Numbered from the whole stretch's first letter, positions 25,727 to 39,800 are shown. The stretch is 63,118 nucleotides of DNA, filler included, from Choristocarpus tenellus KU-1152 (GCA_964200185.2; 11 parts of 11 records of this genome joined end to end with filler, not necessarily neighbours in it), one strand, 5' to 3'. Made by a program: numbers and translations. Notes: generated by a model not told the origin, from the sequence alone.

Positions 25727-28593
25727 CAAGAACTCTGAAAGAGGACGGACTGTGGGTGGTACACAACCCCCTTCCTTCATCTCTCTGTTCCATGCCACTT
25801 GATCCTTCACATGTTTCTCTCCCTCTATCTCGGCATGGGAAGAATGACAGAGTGGAAACAAGGTGCTCACAGGTCCAACACACCCTTCCCCCCGACCATC
25901 ACGCCTACTAGCTGTGAGGTAGTAGCGGAGGCGTGTATTTGGTACACCAAGCTGTACAGGAGATAGCAAGTACTGCTCTACTTCATAGCCCCTGTTTACT
26001 AACACCTGTAGCACCAACAATTAGGATGAGGCAAAAATGCACGAGTGTAACATGAGTTGAACTCTACCTGCTAAAAAAACGCTGACATGAAGTACAGTGT
26101 GGCTAAATGTGATGTTAATTTTCTCCAAGCTATCCTTCCTTTGGTGGAGTGAAATGTCCAATTTGTGTTCCCCAAAGCATGTCTACTCCCCACAAAGCTT
26201 AAGGGGGCAACATGGATTATTGCAAGTGAGTTAAGGTTGGAATACTGACAACAGCATTCTTTTCCCAACAAGACGATAGATCTCTAGTAATTTCCTCAGT
26301 TACAGTACCTCTAACTACTGCAGGCCTTAGAACAATAATTCTTGACTGGGAAGTAAAGGGAGAGTGTTGTCAGCGCTCGAAATCAACAAATATGTTCCTG
26401 AAGCATCAGTTCAATCATCCAGAAGGAACACAAATGATACTGGAGGCAAGTGCTAAAATATTAGCATTTCAGCGTCACTTCGTATCTGGCATATCCTCTA
26501 CCCTGCTCTGAACATGGCATGCAGCTACCCTCATTGAGATCCCGCTTTTACCTCAACTAGATACTGCTGTGCCTTCGAATTATTGAAGCCTTCAACATTT
26601 TCCAGGAATATGCTGTCTGGCGGATCGTGAAGAACCTTGATCAACTCAAGAAGATGTAGAAGACTTCGTGCACGAGGGTCCTCGATATCCATACGCTTAC
26701 CGATCTTACAGAAGGGCTGGCATGGGGGACTGGGTAACACTCACAGAGTGAGAATAACTGTAGATAGAGTTGTCAACTAGGTGTTATGTTAATGAAAAAA
26801 GGGGGAATCTGTTGAGGTACTTGCATGTTGGAAGTTGCAATTGGAGTAGTGGTCCCCGCCAGTGGTCAGTGTCTCTCCTCTTATCAGGTTGCATTATTCC
26901 TCTTATCTGACGATATGATTGCAACCTAAAATTCTCTGGAGCGTATGCCTTTTGATTCTTTGCACACACCAGGAATGATATAGCCAAGAACATGAATATG
27001 CGCTACAAATGTGACGACAGATTAATGTGATGAGAGATGAAACTTCTGGGATTACCTGTGTTGCTATGCAGCTAATTACCAAGAGTAGGAAAGAAACTTT
27101 GATGGATTTCGAGCACCTTCAGGGCTTGACTGAGGCATTGTGTTTAAATAATCAAATCTCCACAACTAGCGCACAATCAATGCACGCAGGCCTCTCACCA
27201 CAAGGGACACAGGATGGATGTGCTAATATAGTGCTGAAAGAGTGACTGAATATTAGCTCAAAATCAGCTAAGACTATAAGCACAATCTTTCGTGCTTGGA
27301 GCTTTTCTTACCACTCAATCAGCTTTGCTGCGCTTATGCCATTGTGCAAGACTCTCTTATGGAGGCACAACAAGGTGAACTCCACTGTGAGTAATGAAGT
27401 TTGGTTGGCAAAGTGTTTCACACAGGGAGAAATAGACGGCATCAGCAGATGCTGCGTGACATCCTTTATCATGTTATACTTCCCTATCATACGTTTTCCA
27501 TCTTCATTTTTGAAAGCAATTTCAATGTAACAGACAATAAATTCTTAGGGATACTCAGGCAGCCTAGCTCTATCACTATTACCAATACAGCTACACGAAG
27601 ACCATAGTCAGACTTTCGAAGGAGTACTACTGACAGCCTCTGAGGATTTGTTGCAACTTCACGACTTCAAAATCAGATGGTTGAAGCACTTCTTCAGTGA
27701 AAATGCAAGGTTGTGATCTCTCAAACCAGATTCTCAAGCTTTGCCCTGGCTCACCTCAACATCCACAATTTTGCGACCCCGTCAAGGTCTTCTGCACTTA
27801 GGTGCTCAATCGACCGGCATCTTACAGGTTTCCCAGGAAAGTTATGATAGTAAACCTGTGCCACAGGAAGACGAGGGGCTCAGCTATCAGTAAGGGTGAG
27901 TCAATGCTAACTTTCTTTTCCGTCATTGGGAAAAAAGCTATGGGTTCATATGGTGCATGGTCGTCAAGGAATGGGCTCCCGTCACGAAAGTTGTGCCAAA
28001 AACACAGGAGCCAACCAGGGAAGACACACTATTTCAAATGAGAAGGATTGTCACAAACAAGTAGCATCCACGTCGACTCTAGGAAAGCTTTCTTGCACAG
28101 GTGTCACTACTTACCTAGGCCCATCCCCTGGGCGATGACTGAGTTGGGCTGGACATACTTAAGAAGACGGCTTGCACAAAAGGATAGTCGATCAGCCCGG
28201 ATGGCCACTACAAACGAAGATGAGAACAACTGGGGAAGAATGTTTGAAGCATTGAAAACTCACAGAGTTTGCCACAGTATTGATCTCGTAGGACTCCACC
28301 ACTTTAGCAATCCTATCGGTAGGGGCACAAGATTCTTCCAGAGCAACTCGCAGACCTCCGATCCCGCTGTAGAACTCTATCGTCGGGAAATCAACTCGTC
28401 TTTCACCTTGGCGTTCATCGACTCCAGTGGACTGGTGGATGGTGAGACAATGAACATTATGTATGTATTTGTGCGTGAGGCAGGGAGTGGCAGCAAAAAA
28501 TGCGTTGGCTCGAGCAAGACTAACGATTACTATCCCCTGAGCAATGATCGTATTCCATACTGATAGACGAGGAGGTGGTTTGTCATGACACAT
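25727..28593 (-). CDS. DNMT2: DNMT2/TRDMT1 tRNA (cytosine-5)-methyltransferase, 5' part; exons 28264-28593, 27755-27855, 26552-26729, 25727-26005
   Basis: C5-MTase motif I (EFYSGIGG), motif IV (WMLSPPCQPF), motif VI (FLENVEGF) and motif VIII (LSPVQLGVPNTRLRYY); these forms are Dnmt2-type rather than Dnmt1/3. All splice phases are consistent. Confidence 0.92.
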
Positions 28594-28840
28594 TTTGGGA
28601 GGTATATCCAACCTTCGGAGTTTCACCACACCTGGGAAGCGGTGACCACTGCAAACCTATAAACAACACTTGTTCAAATGTTCCACCTTTTAAACTAGAC
28701 TTTACAAGTTTCAACCTGGTACACTCTCTTGGAATCTTGGATATGATGGAGAAGTCTTGGTGGGAAGTAGTCAAGGACCCGGCCCTCCGTCAGAGATTTT
28801 GAGCGGAGGTCGAGAAGGGGATTTTTGAGATAAAGATACG
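28594..28840. promoter_or_regulatory. Probable bidirectional promoter (247 bp) between DNMT2 and the cadherin-like gene
   Basis: Divergent ATGs at 28593 (-) and 28841 (+); no promoter motif was identified. Confidence 0.5.
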
Positions 28841-31800
28841 ATGAGGGAGGGCGTGTCGTCCCTGGCATTGACCTTACTTATATCATGGATTGCACGAAGT
28901 TGTACAGCCGTTCAGGTAAGGTTGTTCTACGAAAGACGTTGTAGTCTGTACTTTAGACTTGCGGGAAGTCTTTCAACTGTCTTTCACATTTGGAGGAGGC
29001 ACTCTGCGGTTCATGCCTTTGCGCTCCAAAGCAGCGCCGTGTTTCCCCCCTCCCTGTCCGGTTGTCAGATTGATTTTCCCAAGGCCGTTCCCTGGATTGC
29101 ACTGGAGGATGTAGATACTCGACTGCCCGTGTCAATTTTTGACGTCGAGCTATCTGCTAATGTGTCGGTTGAGGTGACTGCAACGTTTGGACGCTTGTAT
29201 ACGTTGGGCGAAGAGGGTGTGATTGGTGGGCCGAATGGATCAGCCGGCGAGACAATCACACTCTACGGACCTCAAGCTATGGTAAACCTTGCCTTGAGTA
29301 GGCTTCGCCTGGCGCCTTTGCATGACTGGAATTCTGTGGGGATAAATGCATTCGAAACTGTAGCAATCAGCGCGGTGGAGGAGGGTGCAAGACCCATAAC
29401 GTTCCCCAAAGCCGCAGGAGTTCTTGTGATTCGCATCACCCCTGTCAACGACCCCCCTTCCATTACGGGTCCTGTACAATTGCTGGCTTCTGAAGGAAGA
29501 ACAACGCCAGTTGAAAGAGTTTTAGTAACAGACATTGATGCGCAACAAGACCCCAAAATCCTCTTGGAGGTGACAGTTGAGGTGAAGATGCAAACCAGTT
29601 TGTTGGGGCTTCGAGACACACCAGGGCTATGGGTTACCAATTCAACCAACAATTTTGTGATGTTCAGGGGACCACTAGCTAGGGTCAATGCTGCATTGTC
29701 GAGATTGTGGTATCGAGGTGGCAATAATTTCTCTGGAGAAGATTACATCACTATCACAGTTGACGACCTGGGCAACACTGGTGGTGGATCGCTTACATCA
29801 TCTCACACATTGCATGTATCAGTCAGCAGCATCAATGACCCCCCTCAGGTGTTACTGGATAATAAAGAGGGTGGGGGAAGACTATTTCAGGGTGTGGAGG
29901 ATGAGCCAGTATCTTTGGTGGGATTTAGTGTTGTAGATGAGGATGCTGGAGAGTCGGTGATGCGTTTGACCCTCACAGCAAGGCACGGCAGATTATCTCT
30001 TGCGAGCGGGGTGGATGCATTGAATTTTGTCCATGGAACAGGGACCCTCGACCAGGAAATAGAAGTCCAAGGCATTCTTGAGGTGGGTATTATGAGGATC
30101 AGGGTGGATCTCGTGTGAGATGTCTCCACACTGAAATCTGCTGGAGCATCTGCGAAGAACAGGACCACAAGGCATCAGAAGCCTCTGAGCGTTATGCTTC
30201 CCATGCTGGTACATAACTTGCTGGGCATGTCTTACACAGTAACTGATTACTTATGCTTCCATCTTGAATCTAAAACATGTAGATCGTCTGGAACCATCCC
30301 AGAACACGGAAGACAACTAATTTTTCTGGAATGTTTGCTCATTAGACATTTTGCCTATTTCCTTTAGCTCCTATGCCTTGCATGCATTTACTATTGCCCA
30401 TTCACTATCTTGTCCTGTGATCCTCTGTGACCAATGAATCGACTCCAGGACCTCAACTTATGTTTGAAAAGCCTCAGTTTCACACCGGATGTTGACTCCA
30501 ATGCCTTCAACACCAAAGGGCGGGCACATGTTATGATTGCCGTTGATGATCTTGGAGGTGGTGAGGGGGGAGTTGGAAGTATGAGCTCCAAGTCGACAGT
30601 GGTTGATATCCACGTTGCTGCTCTCAATGACCCCCCTCACCTTGACTCACCATGGACATTGTCTATTGAAGAGGATGTGAAAGCCCTTGTGCCAGGGGTG
30701 AAAGTTGTCGATGTTGATGTCAATGACCTAGGAGGTGAGTAGTAGAGACAGGGTACAGAGTCAGAATTGATACAGCAAAATATGTCAATTGTTGTAGCCT
30801 ACCTGCCACACGACTCCCTTAAATGTATTGTTGCTCTCTTTCCAAAGTGTTGGACTACATTTTTTATATTTCTGTAGCCAATATTTTGTCTAGTACCCTT
30901 TGAGACTCTTACAACCTCTCATTATGACTCAACCACACCATCATCCCATCATGACATGGTCACTCATCTAGAATTAGTCTTGATTGTTGCAAGAACAGTC
31001 ACTCACAACTCAGGAAAGCTCTCTATCCTACTGTCCCCCGCTGCCATGGTCATTAGGAGACCGTATGCTTGAGATATCCCTATCTGTCGAACATGGGACA
31101 CTTGAGTTGACTAAGCCTGCTGGTTTAATTATTCCTGCGGGGAGGACTGGGTCATCCTTGGAATTCTGGGGATCGCTGGACTCAGTAAACAATGCAATCT
31201 CTGGGTTATTTTACCAGGTTTGATGACATGGGGCATTGAAGTTTTTGTTTTATGGTAGGTGGGAAATATATAAAATAGACAAGATTGACTGTATTGAGAA
31301 CCTGCATAATTTGTTTATACTTGGAATTCGATATGAAGTACTGAAAGTAATGGGAGGTAGTGCCACAATTATGTTGACTATATTAATAGCATAGCTTCAT
31401 GTCCTTTTTCACCCTGGATTCAATAAATTTGCTGGAGCTTGCTGAGATCATTTTTGTTCAAGGTAGAGCATTTGATGCTACTGTGAAACTAGTGCCTGCC
31501 ATTACCCTAATTTGCTGCTACATCTCATTACAGTAACAAAGGAAATGGGTTGAAGGCATTGGTTTATCTTTAACTGAAGGCATAGCCTTTTCACATTGGA
31601 CTGAACACATAAACATGGCTTTACGTGTTTCTTTGCACCAGCTTACGATGTAGTTTCATAATTTTCTAATTTTCCCCTTGTTACTGTCATGGTATGCTTT
31701 CCCGTACCATGTTAATGCAGGGTCCCCCTGAATGGAGTGGCAAAGACTTGCTGTCAATTTTTGTCAGTGACCAGGGCAATTCTGGTCAGGGAGGTCCCTT

Positions 31801-32119
31801 CACAGTTCAGTCGTCTGTAGCAATATCTGTAATCCCTGTGAATGATCCCCCAGTGATCCTGGCCGCCCTAGGGGCCAGTAGACCCGGGATGCGGCAGCCG
31901 GTCGTGATGGATGAGGACACAATTTTACCCCTCTCCTTCCTCTCTGTGATGGATGTCGACCTGGATGATGGGGTGAGAATAGGAGGGGGGCGCCTGAGTA
32001 TTTCGATGTCAAGCACTAATGGGGGCTTTCTCTTCCCATCAGAAGAGAAGGAGAACTGGGAAGGTAGGGCAGCTTGGGCAGTTGGCGGGGGAGCGGAAGG
32101 GAAGGGCCCGGGGCCTTGG
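28841..32119 (+). CDS. Large secreted protein with tandem bacterial-type cadherin/Ig-like repeats, 5' part; exons 28841-28915, 29069-30082, 30449-30734, 31057-31217, 31721-32119
   Basis: Signal-peptide-like exon 1 (MREGVSSLALTLLISWIARSCTA). Repeated ~130-aa units end in I/V-x-x-x-NDPP and contain VxDxD and VDDLGN/SDQGN Ca-binding-type motifs. Exons are phase-consistent GT-AG. Confidence 0.85.
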
Positions 32120-33594
32120 NNNNNNNNNNNNNNNNNNNNNNNNNNNNNNNNNNNNNNNNNNNNTTAATTAATTAANNNNNNNNNNNNNNNNNNNNNNNNN
32201 NNNNNNNNNNNNNNNNNNNCCCCCCTCAGACACTTTGAGTCTTCAGCATGTTGCTAACTTCACATTCGCGGAAGTTCCTCCCCACTTTGAACTCGATCCC
32301 TACTACTTCTGAAGCACCAGTATGCCTTACCTCCCCGTCATTCAAGTTCCAAAGAAAACCCTAAATTCTCTCCAAAATCAAACCTCAGCACCAAACATCA
32401 CACCTCACAGCAACGTATATGAATAATTCCACAGCGATCAATATTGAAACCTGGAATTGAACGCATCGTGCTTTTGTACGGTGAAGGTTGGTTGTGGTGG
32501 AGGGGTGTGCCATAGGGCAGTGAAGCACCAGTGAATCCGTTCTGATGAATCTAGTGACATGCTGTGCACAGTTGGAGGTTATAGTTGGTACAGTGATGTT
32601 GAGTATTCCTTGGTACATCCAAAAGGAAATATTTTCATGCTCTGCGTAGAGGCTTGTCACCTCGTGAAGAAGGGTTTGGAGGATGTTTGAACTCTGAATT
32701 TACAGCATCCAGTTGTGCATCAGGTACAATTAGAGCAGAGTGAACTTGAGGTCTAAGTGGGGACAAGGCCAACCAGAGAATAAGAACAGTCAACGTATGA
32801 GATACAACTGGTAGTTCTGATGTGAAGATCGAAAAAACAATACCTGTAATAACTCATATGGCACATACTATGCTTGTATGTTTGGTAGATGTTGACTGTT
32901 CCATTTTTCCTATGCACCTTGGGGTTCTAACAGTTAATGATGATCGTATGATGAGGACCAATGATGTAAATGTCAGTAACGACCAGTACCGATGTGCGAA
33001 TGAATAATCAGCATGAACTGGTAATACCGTATCGTATCAATGCCACAAAATATGAGAGCCTGTGCTTTAACTACAGATGACTGGTATAATGTTGCAACCG
33101 AGCTCAAGGGAGTCCTCATAGTTTGGTTCATGACGGCAGAATGTGCACAAAAAACATGATGGCAGAATGAATATCAACCATAATTCTTAGGACCTCACAC
33201 TTCGATTGCCTTTCTTGTTCTGATAAAAAAAAAATGGGCCGACAGAATTGGGTGCTCTCTCATCTACTACGTAGTAGGACTGATATAATAAGACAAAATT
33301 AATAGTATTGAACAACCAGACAATTCAACATAACAAATCTTACAATGCAAGTTCTAATAGGCGATTATGAAAATTGCTATGTAGCACTTGCTCCCTGTTC
33401 ATTCCCAATAGCATGAAGAGCTTACAGCTTCCTCCACACTATCAACATGAATCTGGATAGCGAAGGGTAACAAGTAGAACACATTTCCTACCATGAAATG
33501 AAGGTACCAGAGTGAAGTGGCTGTGATTACTTGGTCCTAAAAATATTGATGGGCAATGTTGGATGGTCCAAAGCAAGGAGCCTGATCCAAAAAA

Positions 33595-33856
33595 GAGTAA
33601 AAGTGTCTTAGAGGGTAGAGCCGCGTCCAATTGGGGGTTAAAATCCAAGGTTGCGATTTTGATGTAATTTTGGCTATCGTGTTTTGTTAGGAAGTGTCAA
33701 TATCCATGTTCCGGACACACCTTTTCATATATCATATGCACTTTACCTACTCCTAAACATTTTGGAGTAGGGAAATGTCATAAGAACCCCTGAGGGATGC
33801 CAAGCTCCAAATGGACAAACAGGGCAAAATTCGTACCCTCTAAGATACTTTCACTC
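33595..33856 (+). mobile_element. MITE family A (~260 bp)
   Basis: TIR GAGTAAAAGTGTCTTAGAGGGTA...TACCCTCTAAGATACTTTCACTC; homologous to the copies at 34928 and 37743. Confidence 0.85.
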
Positions 33857-34139
33857 TCTTTGGATAACATTTAGGTTTCAGCACCGTATGAAGCTACTAT
33901 GCTGATTGTCCTGCCCACTAAGCTTGTAGTAAATAAATATTATGTTGAGTGCACTACAACAGTTAGAACAAATTTTACTGCAGCATAATGAATGCCTACG
34001 GACAGCAGTAGCAGTTAGGAGTCTTAGTGAATTGGCAACATACTGTCACAAAAAAGGATGTTACACGTAGCAGAGTCTCCCCCAACGATGCAGACCATAA
34101 TATGAAGCAGAAAACAAAACATATATGGAATCAGTGCCC

Positions 34140-34499
34140 TGTGTCTGGATTCATAACACAACAAACTACCCTGTACAGAATAACCTTTCTTAGGCTTGTA
34201 TGACGGAAGCTTATGGTAAAAACAGTCATTTGATGGAAGAGTGCAAGATTGTGTTCTAAAGGATAGAAGATGAGCACAGTTTAGTGAACTGGTTAAAGGA
34301 AGAGTCCAGGTATAGGAAACATTGTAGCAAGTAATGGGTGATGATAAATTTGTGAATGGCGATCAACGGATTCATAGTAACGAGTGATTGGTGACAAGGG
34401 AGTCCCCCTCTCTATTGACGAGGCTCACCCCTTTCTCTTCACCTTCATCCTTTCCTTTCCAGGAATTGAACGACCAATGCATACATATATACTAGTACA
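34140..34499 (+). mobile_element. Probable solo LTR, homologous to 60725-61378
   Basis: Shares gatagaagat(g/a)agca, aggaaacattgtagcaag, gatcaac and downstream segments with the 60.7-61.4 kb region. TG...CA ends are plausible; the TSD is not clean. Confidence 0.45.
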
Positions 34500-34927
34500 A
34501 CCCTTGTGAAACAACTGCTTCTATAATACCTGCCACGAGGCCTCATCACACAGGGCCCTGCGGCAGAGCTTTTTGCCTTAAATTCTGTGTACTGCTCAGT
34601 TTACTGTTGTGCACATGTAACAGGATTGGTCTATTTGTTAGGACTTTTGTGGCAGGTTGATGACCCAGAAACCACATCATTTTTGGAGCTGCAGAGATAT
34701 CCCTCTTCTACTGGAAGCAGTGTTTAGAGTTGCCTTTTGCCCCCCCTGCATGTCATCATATATTTTGAGATAAGATAACTTCATATACGCACACATGCAG
34801 GGTGAACAACAAGAAGGGAAAGAGTTGACTATTTGCGTTGCCAGATTTGAAGTTCTTGCGTTTAATTCTTGGATACGTGAACGTATCAATATTCTTAAGT
34901 TCTATACCCAGTCAAATAGTTTCTAAT

Positions 34928-35186
34928 GAGTGAAAGTATCTTAGAGGGTACGAGTTTTGCCCTGTTTGTCCATTTGGGGCTTGGCTTCCCATGGGTTATT
35001 TTATGACATCTTCCCACTTCAAAAGTTTAGGAGCAGTTAAAATGTTAAACGTTATGAAACATGTGTCCAGAGTAAGGATATTGACACTTCCTAACCAATA
35101 CGATAGGCAAAATAACATCAAAATAGTAACATTGACCTTTGGCCCCCCAAGTGGACGCAGCTCTACCCTCTAAGATACTTTGGCTC
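34928..35186 (-). mobile_element. MITE family A, inverted copy, 3-bp TSD AAT
   Basis: aat|GAGTGAAAGTATCTTAGAGGGTA...TACCCTCTAAGATACTTTGGCTC|aat. Confidence 0.88.
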
Positions 35187-36899
35187 AATAACACCCCTTC
35201 TGGCCTCCTCTAGTTCAGCACTACCCGGGCAGGTACATGGTCCATGTCCATAGAATGTGTAACTGCTACTGTGTTTGCATCGAACATGATGATTGTTGTA
35301 ACAGCATTTAATATCAATGGCATATTGTCTGTGAAGGATAGAGAAGTATGTGTGATCCAGGATGTATGGGGCAAAGAGACAGGAGGTGGTCTCCATGTAA
35401 CGGTTACATGTTGTCAAACTGTCCTGATGCTTCAGAGAAGTCATGCCAAGGTCATTATATACGACAACACCTACTACCAATATGAACAATATTGAACGGA
35501 GTTGGGGTCACGGTATGAAAGGCAACATTGCCACCAGTATTGTAGCCTGTGAATTGCAGTTAGCAACTGGAATACATTCATCCTGACAAATTGCCAAGCC
35601 GCACAGTCCTGGCCTCAATCCTTGCTGTCACAAGATGACCACAAAGTGTGTTTCATGTACAAGGAAATCGGAATTATGTACCAAAGATGCTCCAAGGGTA
35701 AGCGAAGAACCACAGTACATGATGAAACAAAATTATAGGAAAATCATGCTTGGAAAAACATTCTGCACTGAGATAGGTAGAATATGTCAACTTCATCACG
35801 CTATACTCGCCACAAAAGGGGATAAAAGTGCTGAGCATACACAATAAGTGTCGAGGCCACAACAAAAATTCCACAGGCAAAGCAAGCAACTAAATGATTT
35901 TTTAGGGCCTTCTGATGCATTGACTCTGCCTAGTATGGTCCATTTTGACTGGTGGATGATTCAAGCTCTCCTATCATCCGTTTTTAGGTGATTGTTGCAA
36001 ATATTATCGGTAATCTCAACATAATAACGTATCCTGTTCCTACTGTGGATGACCATTTTGAAACCTGCCTTTGCCTGTGTTGGGTAGCATAGCTATGTGA
36101 ATATCATGATTGCTTCAGGTAATATGGAGATTGTTACACTTCAATGTGGTGGATTTACACCACCCAAAAATGCTGAGGAGTTTTTGTTCAGCAAACATGG
36201 TTACCTTCATAGTGCCATGAAGCACAATAGGTCAATCAGCAGTTTTCAATTCTGTAGCTGTGTTGCCAATCAAATCCCAAACACACCAATGTTCCTTTCC
36301 CCAACTTAGAAATCTACAACGCATTCCATCTGCTGATTCATCCTCTACAATATGAAATATATATTCCAACCATGTCTTGATCAAGATCAGGACATGTTCC
36401 ACAACTCTGGTGGTGGATATACAGCAACGTGGGCGTATCACTATGCAGGGGAAACAAGCAAGCCCCTTCTGAATGCTCACATTGTTAACCAGTGCACCAT
36501 AAAAGCTTCCAGAAGCAGTGAGACAGAAGGCAAGTACCTTTGCTCCCAACACCTATTTGCTGAATCATAGCTAAGGTAGGTGGTTGGTACCGTTTGCATT
36601 TTCAGTAAAAGGAGAGAGTAGTGCCACCCTTGTCACTGGATGCGCCCATTGTGCCTTGGGTACATGCCTGTTCAAGCAATTTACTTTATATATATTTTTC
36701 TATTAAATGTGCAGTTCAAACAGCAACTTCAAGATAGATACCTGTCACTCTTTCTATTCTACTGATAGAACTCTACCAGGAGAGGCAATGACCCTTGTTG
36801 ACGGGCATGTTGAAAGGGGCTTAGGTACTCATGTTTTGTCATATTCAAGGATAGCCTTTATTACCATATTTTGGTACTGGACTATCACGATAGGTTCGA

Positions 36900-39800
36900 C
36901 TAGCTGGGCGTGAAATCTCTGCTAGACGTCGTGTCTTTCTCCCTGAAGAGTGCAAGTTGACTAGGTAAGGTATATCTTGTCCGATGTCGAAACACAGCTC
37001 AATATCGCTTACAACCACAGCTGAGAGAGGGCACAGGATGACCCCTCAGAAGCATCATAAGCACACCCATAGAATAATGTTCGCCATTGATGAGATAGAA
37101 CTTGTTCGATCTCTATTATGCTGCTGCCAAAAAGACAGAGGAGGTCCAGGAACAAATAAGTACTTGAGAGAGGACACACAGGGCGCAAATCACAATAAAA
37201 TTATATGTTTCCCTGGAGATATGGAACTCATAGGCACCATATACTGAAATACATCCTGTAGTATATTGAAGCTCTTGACGCTGTCTCTATACCCTCCGAC
37301 AGGTGACGGCCACCTTCATTGAAGGAGGCAAAAACATTTGAGGGAGTTGAAGGGGTTGTCCTCGCATGGAAGACCTCATTGACCTATATATGGTTAAGAT
37401 GCATCGTTGGTGGGGTCTGATAAGTATCACCTGGATTTCTTCCCTAATAGACCAACTTTATGTTGCTAGTCTAGAAGGATAGGTATATAATCTGAATCTT
37501 GTTAAAGATAACCTAGGTCAAATATATTGCAAATCAAATATCTACTTCCGATCTACGTTCAATATTTCTCTCACACATTTCCAAGATTTTAGAAGGCATA
37601 CTAACATAATGAAAAATACATCGAAGTTTCGAACCCTACACACAGTAAGTTTTTTCTTCTTCTCGTTGGTTAGCAATGTTACTAAAATCAAGACAAAACT
37701 GGATGGATATGTTGGAAATACGAAGGTTCGTCTTGTATTAGGGAGTCAAAGTGTCTTAGAGGGTAGTGCCGCGTCCGTTTTGCGATCAAAATCCAATGTT
37801 GAAAGTTTGATGTAATTTTGTCAATCATATTTGTTAGGAAGTCTCAATAACCTTGTTCCAGACGCACTTTTCATAACATACACATTTTACCTACTCCAAA
37901 ACATTTCGGAGTAGGTAAAATGTCATTTTAAACCTGTGCGAATCCAAGCCCCAAATGGACAAACAGGGCAAAACTCCTACCCTCTAAGATACTTTCACTC
38001 AGGGTGGAACAAAAGACAAGCAAAACAAGATCAAGTTCCAATGATTGGTTTTGTCTTCTCTGTCATTTGTATTTCAGAGTCAGGGGGTGAGAGAGATAGA
38101 AATTACGAGATTGGCGATATGATGCAGAGACTATCAGAGTAAGTGTGTGCTGTGAACGTGCCTTGGTGTGGTAGGTACAAGTTAGCAATATTGATTATTT
38201 TCTTGGGCGGCACAATTTTGGGACAAACTATCATAATAGATGATGCGATGCAGAGACTATCCATATAAAGCTGCACTTCAAAGGTACCGCTGTACAACAG
38301 TTTGTGTAATGAATGAAAATATCACAGGCTGATGTTTTAAGATGTTTTGAATAAGGAAAAATATAGTTTGTGAATAGTTGTATAATCTCTTTGGGTTCCC
38401 CGACTACTGACCAATGTCTTCTCCACTGCGGGGAGAGACATTAGTCTGCAGCCATATGGAGAGCTGAATGTTGATGAAATGTTACACGACAGTCACTAAC
38501 ATATATTGATTGCACAAGTTTGGTAATGAGGATTTAGTAGTCACTCAAAATTTGTGCACTTTGGTCGTTGCTCATGGCCACCGCAACTGAAATTATATTT
38601 ACACGTTACATAGTTTCTTGAGTTTTTCATACATACATGACGTGGTTCATGACAGGTTCTACATACGTACGAAATTTAGAAGAGAGAAGGAAATAAGGAA
38701 GATGATAGCGATTCCAAAGGCTTTTTTCCTGTCCTTGTCTATGTGTTCACACACTCCAGTCCTCACCTCAACCCAGCTTCTGTCTCCAGTCGCAAATCAA
38801 GATATACTAAAAGTGTCTGTGGTCACTATGGTGAAATATGTTTCCTTCTTCAAGTTATTTTTTGTACAATACTTAAAACTAAGTGTTGACCTAGAAGAGG
38901 GTGATAGGAACTCTCCAACCATCGCAATCTCCGAGGCCCTCGTTACAACACAGATCATACTCAGTCTCACTGCATTCTCAATTCATTCATACCCAAAGCA
39001 GGGCATACACTACTATGCCCTCCCTCAGAACTTCCCATGCATCCACTCATCATATGGGGTCTTCCAGGGTCTCTGAACGTTTCTCCCGCAAATTCTGGAT
39101 CTGTAATCAGATTAACTGGATGAAGATGTGGCATGGAAAGCAACATTATCTGAGTGAAAGCCAATGTGTCACAATGTGCCAAAATGATGAATACATATTT
39201 GCTCACTCTACCTCTAAATCTTGAACTGATGCCAAGACTCCTCTGTATAAAATATGCCCCCCCACAACAGTGCATTTTCCTCAATCCCAGAACAAAATCT
39301 GTAATTGATTTTCCATCAACCCCTCCAACCTCGAATTACAAAAGCAGTAATCTGCGTCAAAATATCCCCTTCCATACATTGGTTGAGAGATGGGTTTCCC
39401 CTCAAACCCCCTCCCATTCCCATGATCAGCCTTACAGCTTTCATGTGGTGGATCTTCATATTTCTCACAGGGTATGGTCACATGGTCACATATCCTATCT
39501 TGATCCATACACAAGCTATTCCTTAATCATCTCACACTCCTGAAAAAAAATGCTATATAGACCTTTCTTGTAACTTTTTTCCTAATCCACCTGTCTCTGC
39601 AAGCATCCAGTCACATTTTTCTTGCTCAAAAAAATCAAAGAAAAACCAAATTCAGACTCTTCTGTGCAGATATAATTTCTGACACAACCCAAACACTACT
39701 GATGATGATCCCACCCGCATGGATATTCCCACATACTCCTGCTTTTATTGCCCTCAACCTTTGTCACATTATCTTTACCCCAGCTGTTCCCTCTACTACT

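Noticed and set aside
972-28593. Apparent cluster of RNA-modification/processing genes (TRM5, PUM3, DNMT2)
   Set aside because: The genes are on different contigs joined by linkers, so true adjacency is unknown.
25727-28593. DNMT1/3-type or restriction-modification DNA methyltransferase
   Set aside because: The SPPCQPF, ENVEGF and PNxRxRYY motif forms are Dnmt2-type, the gene is intron-containing, and no nuclease partner is present.
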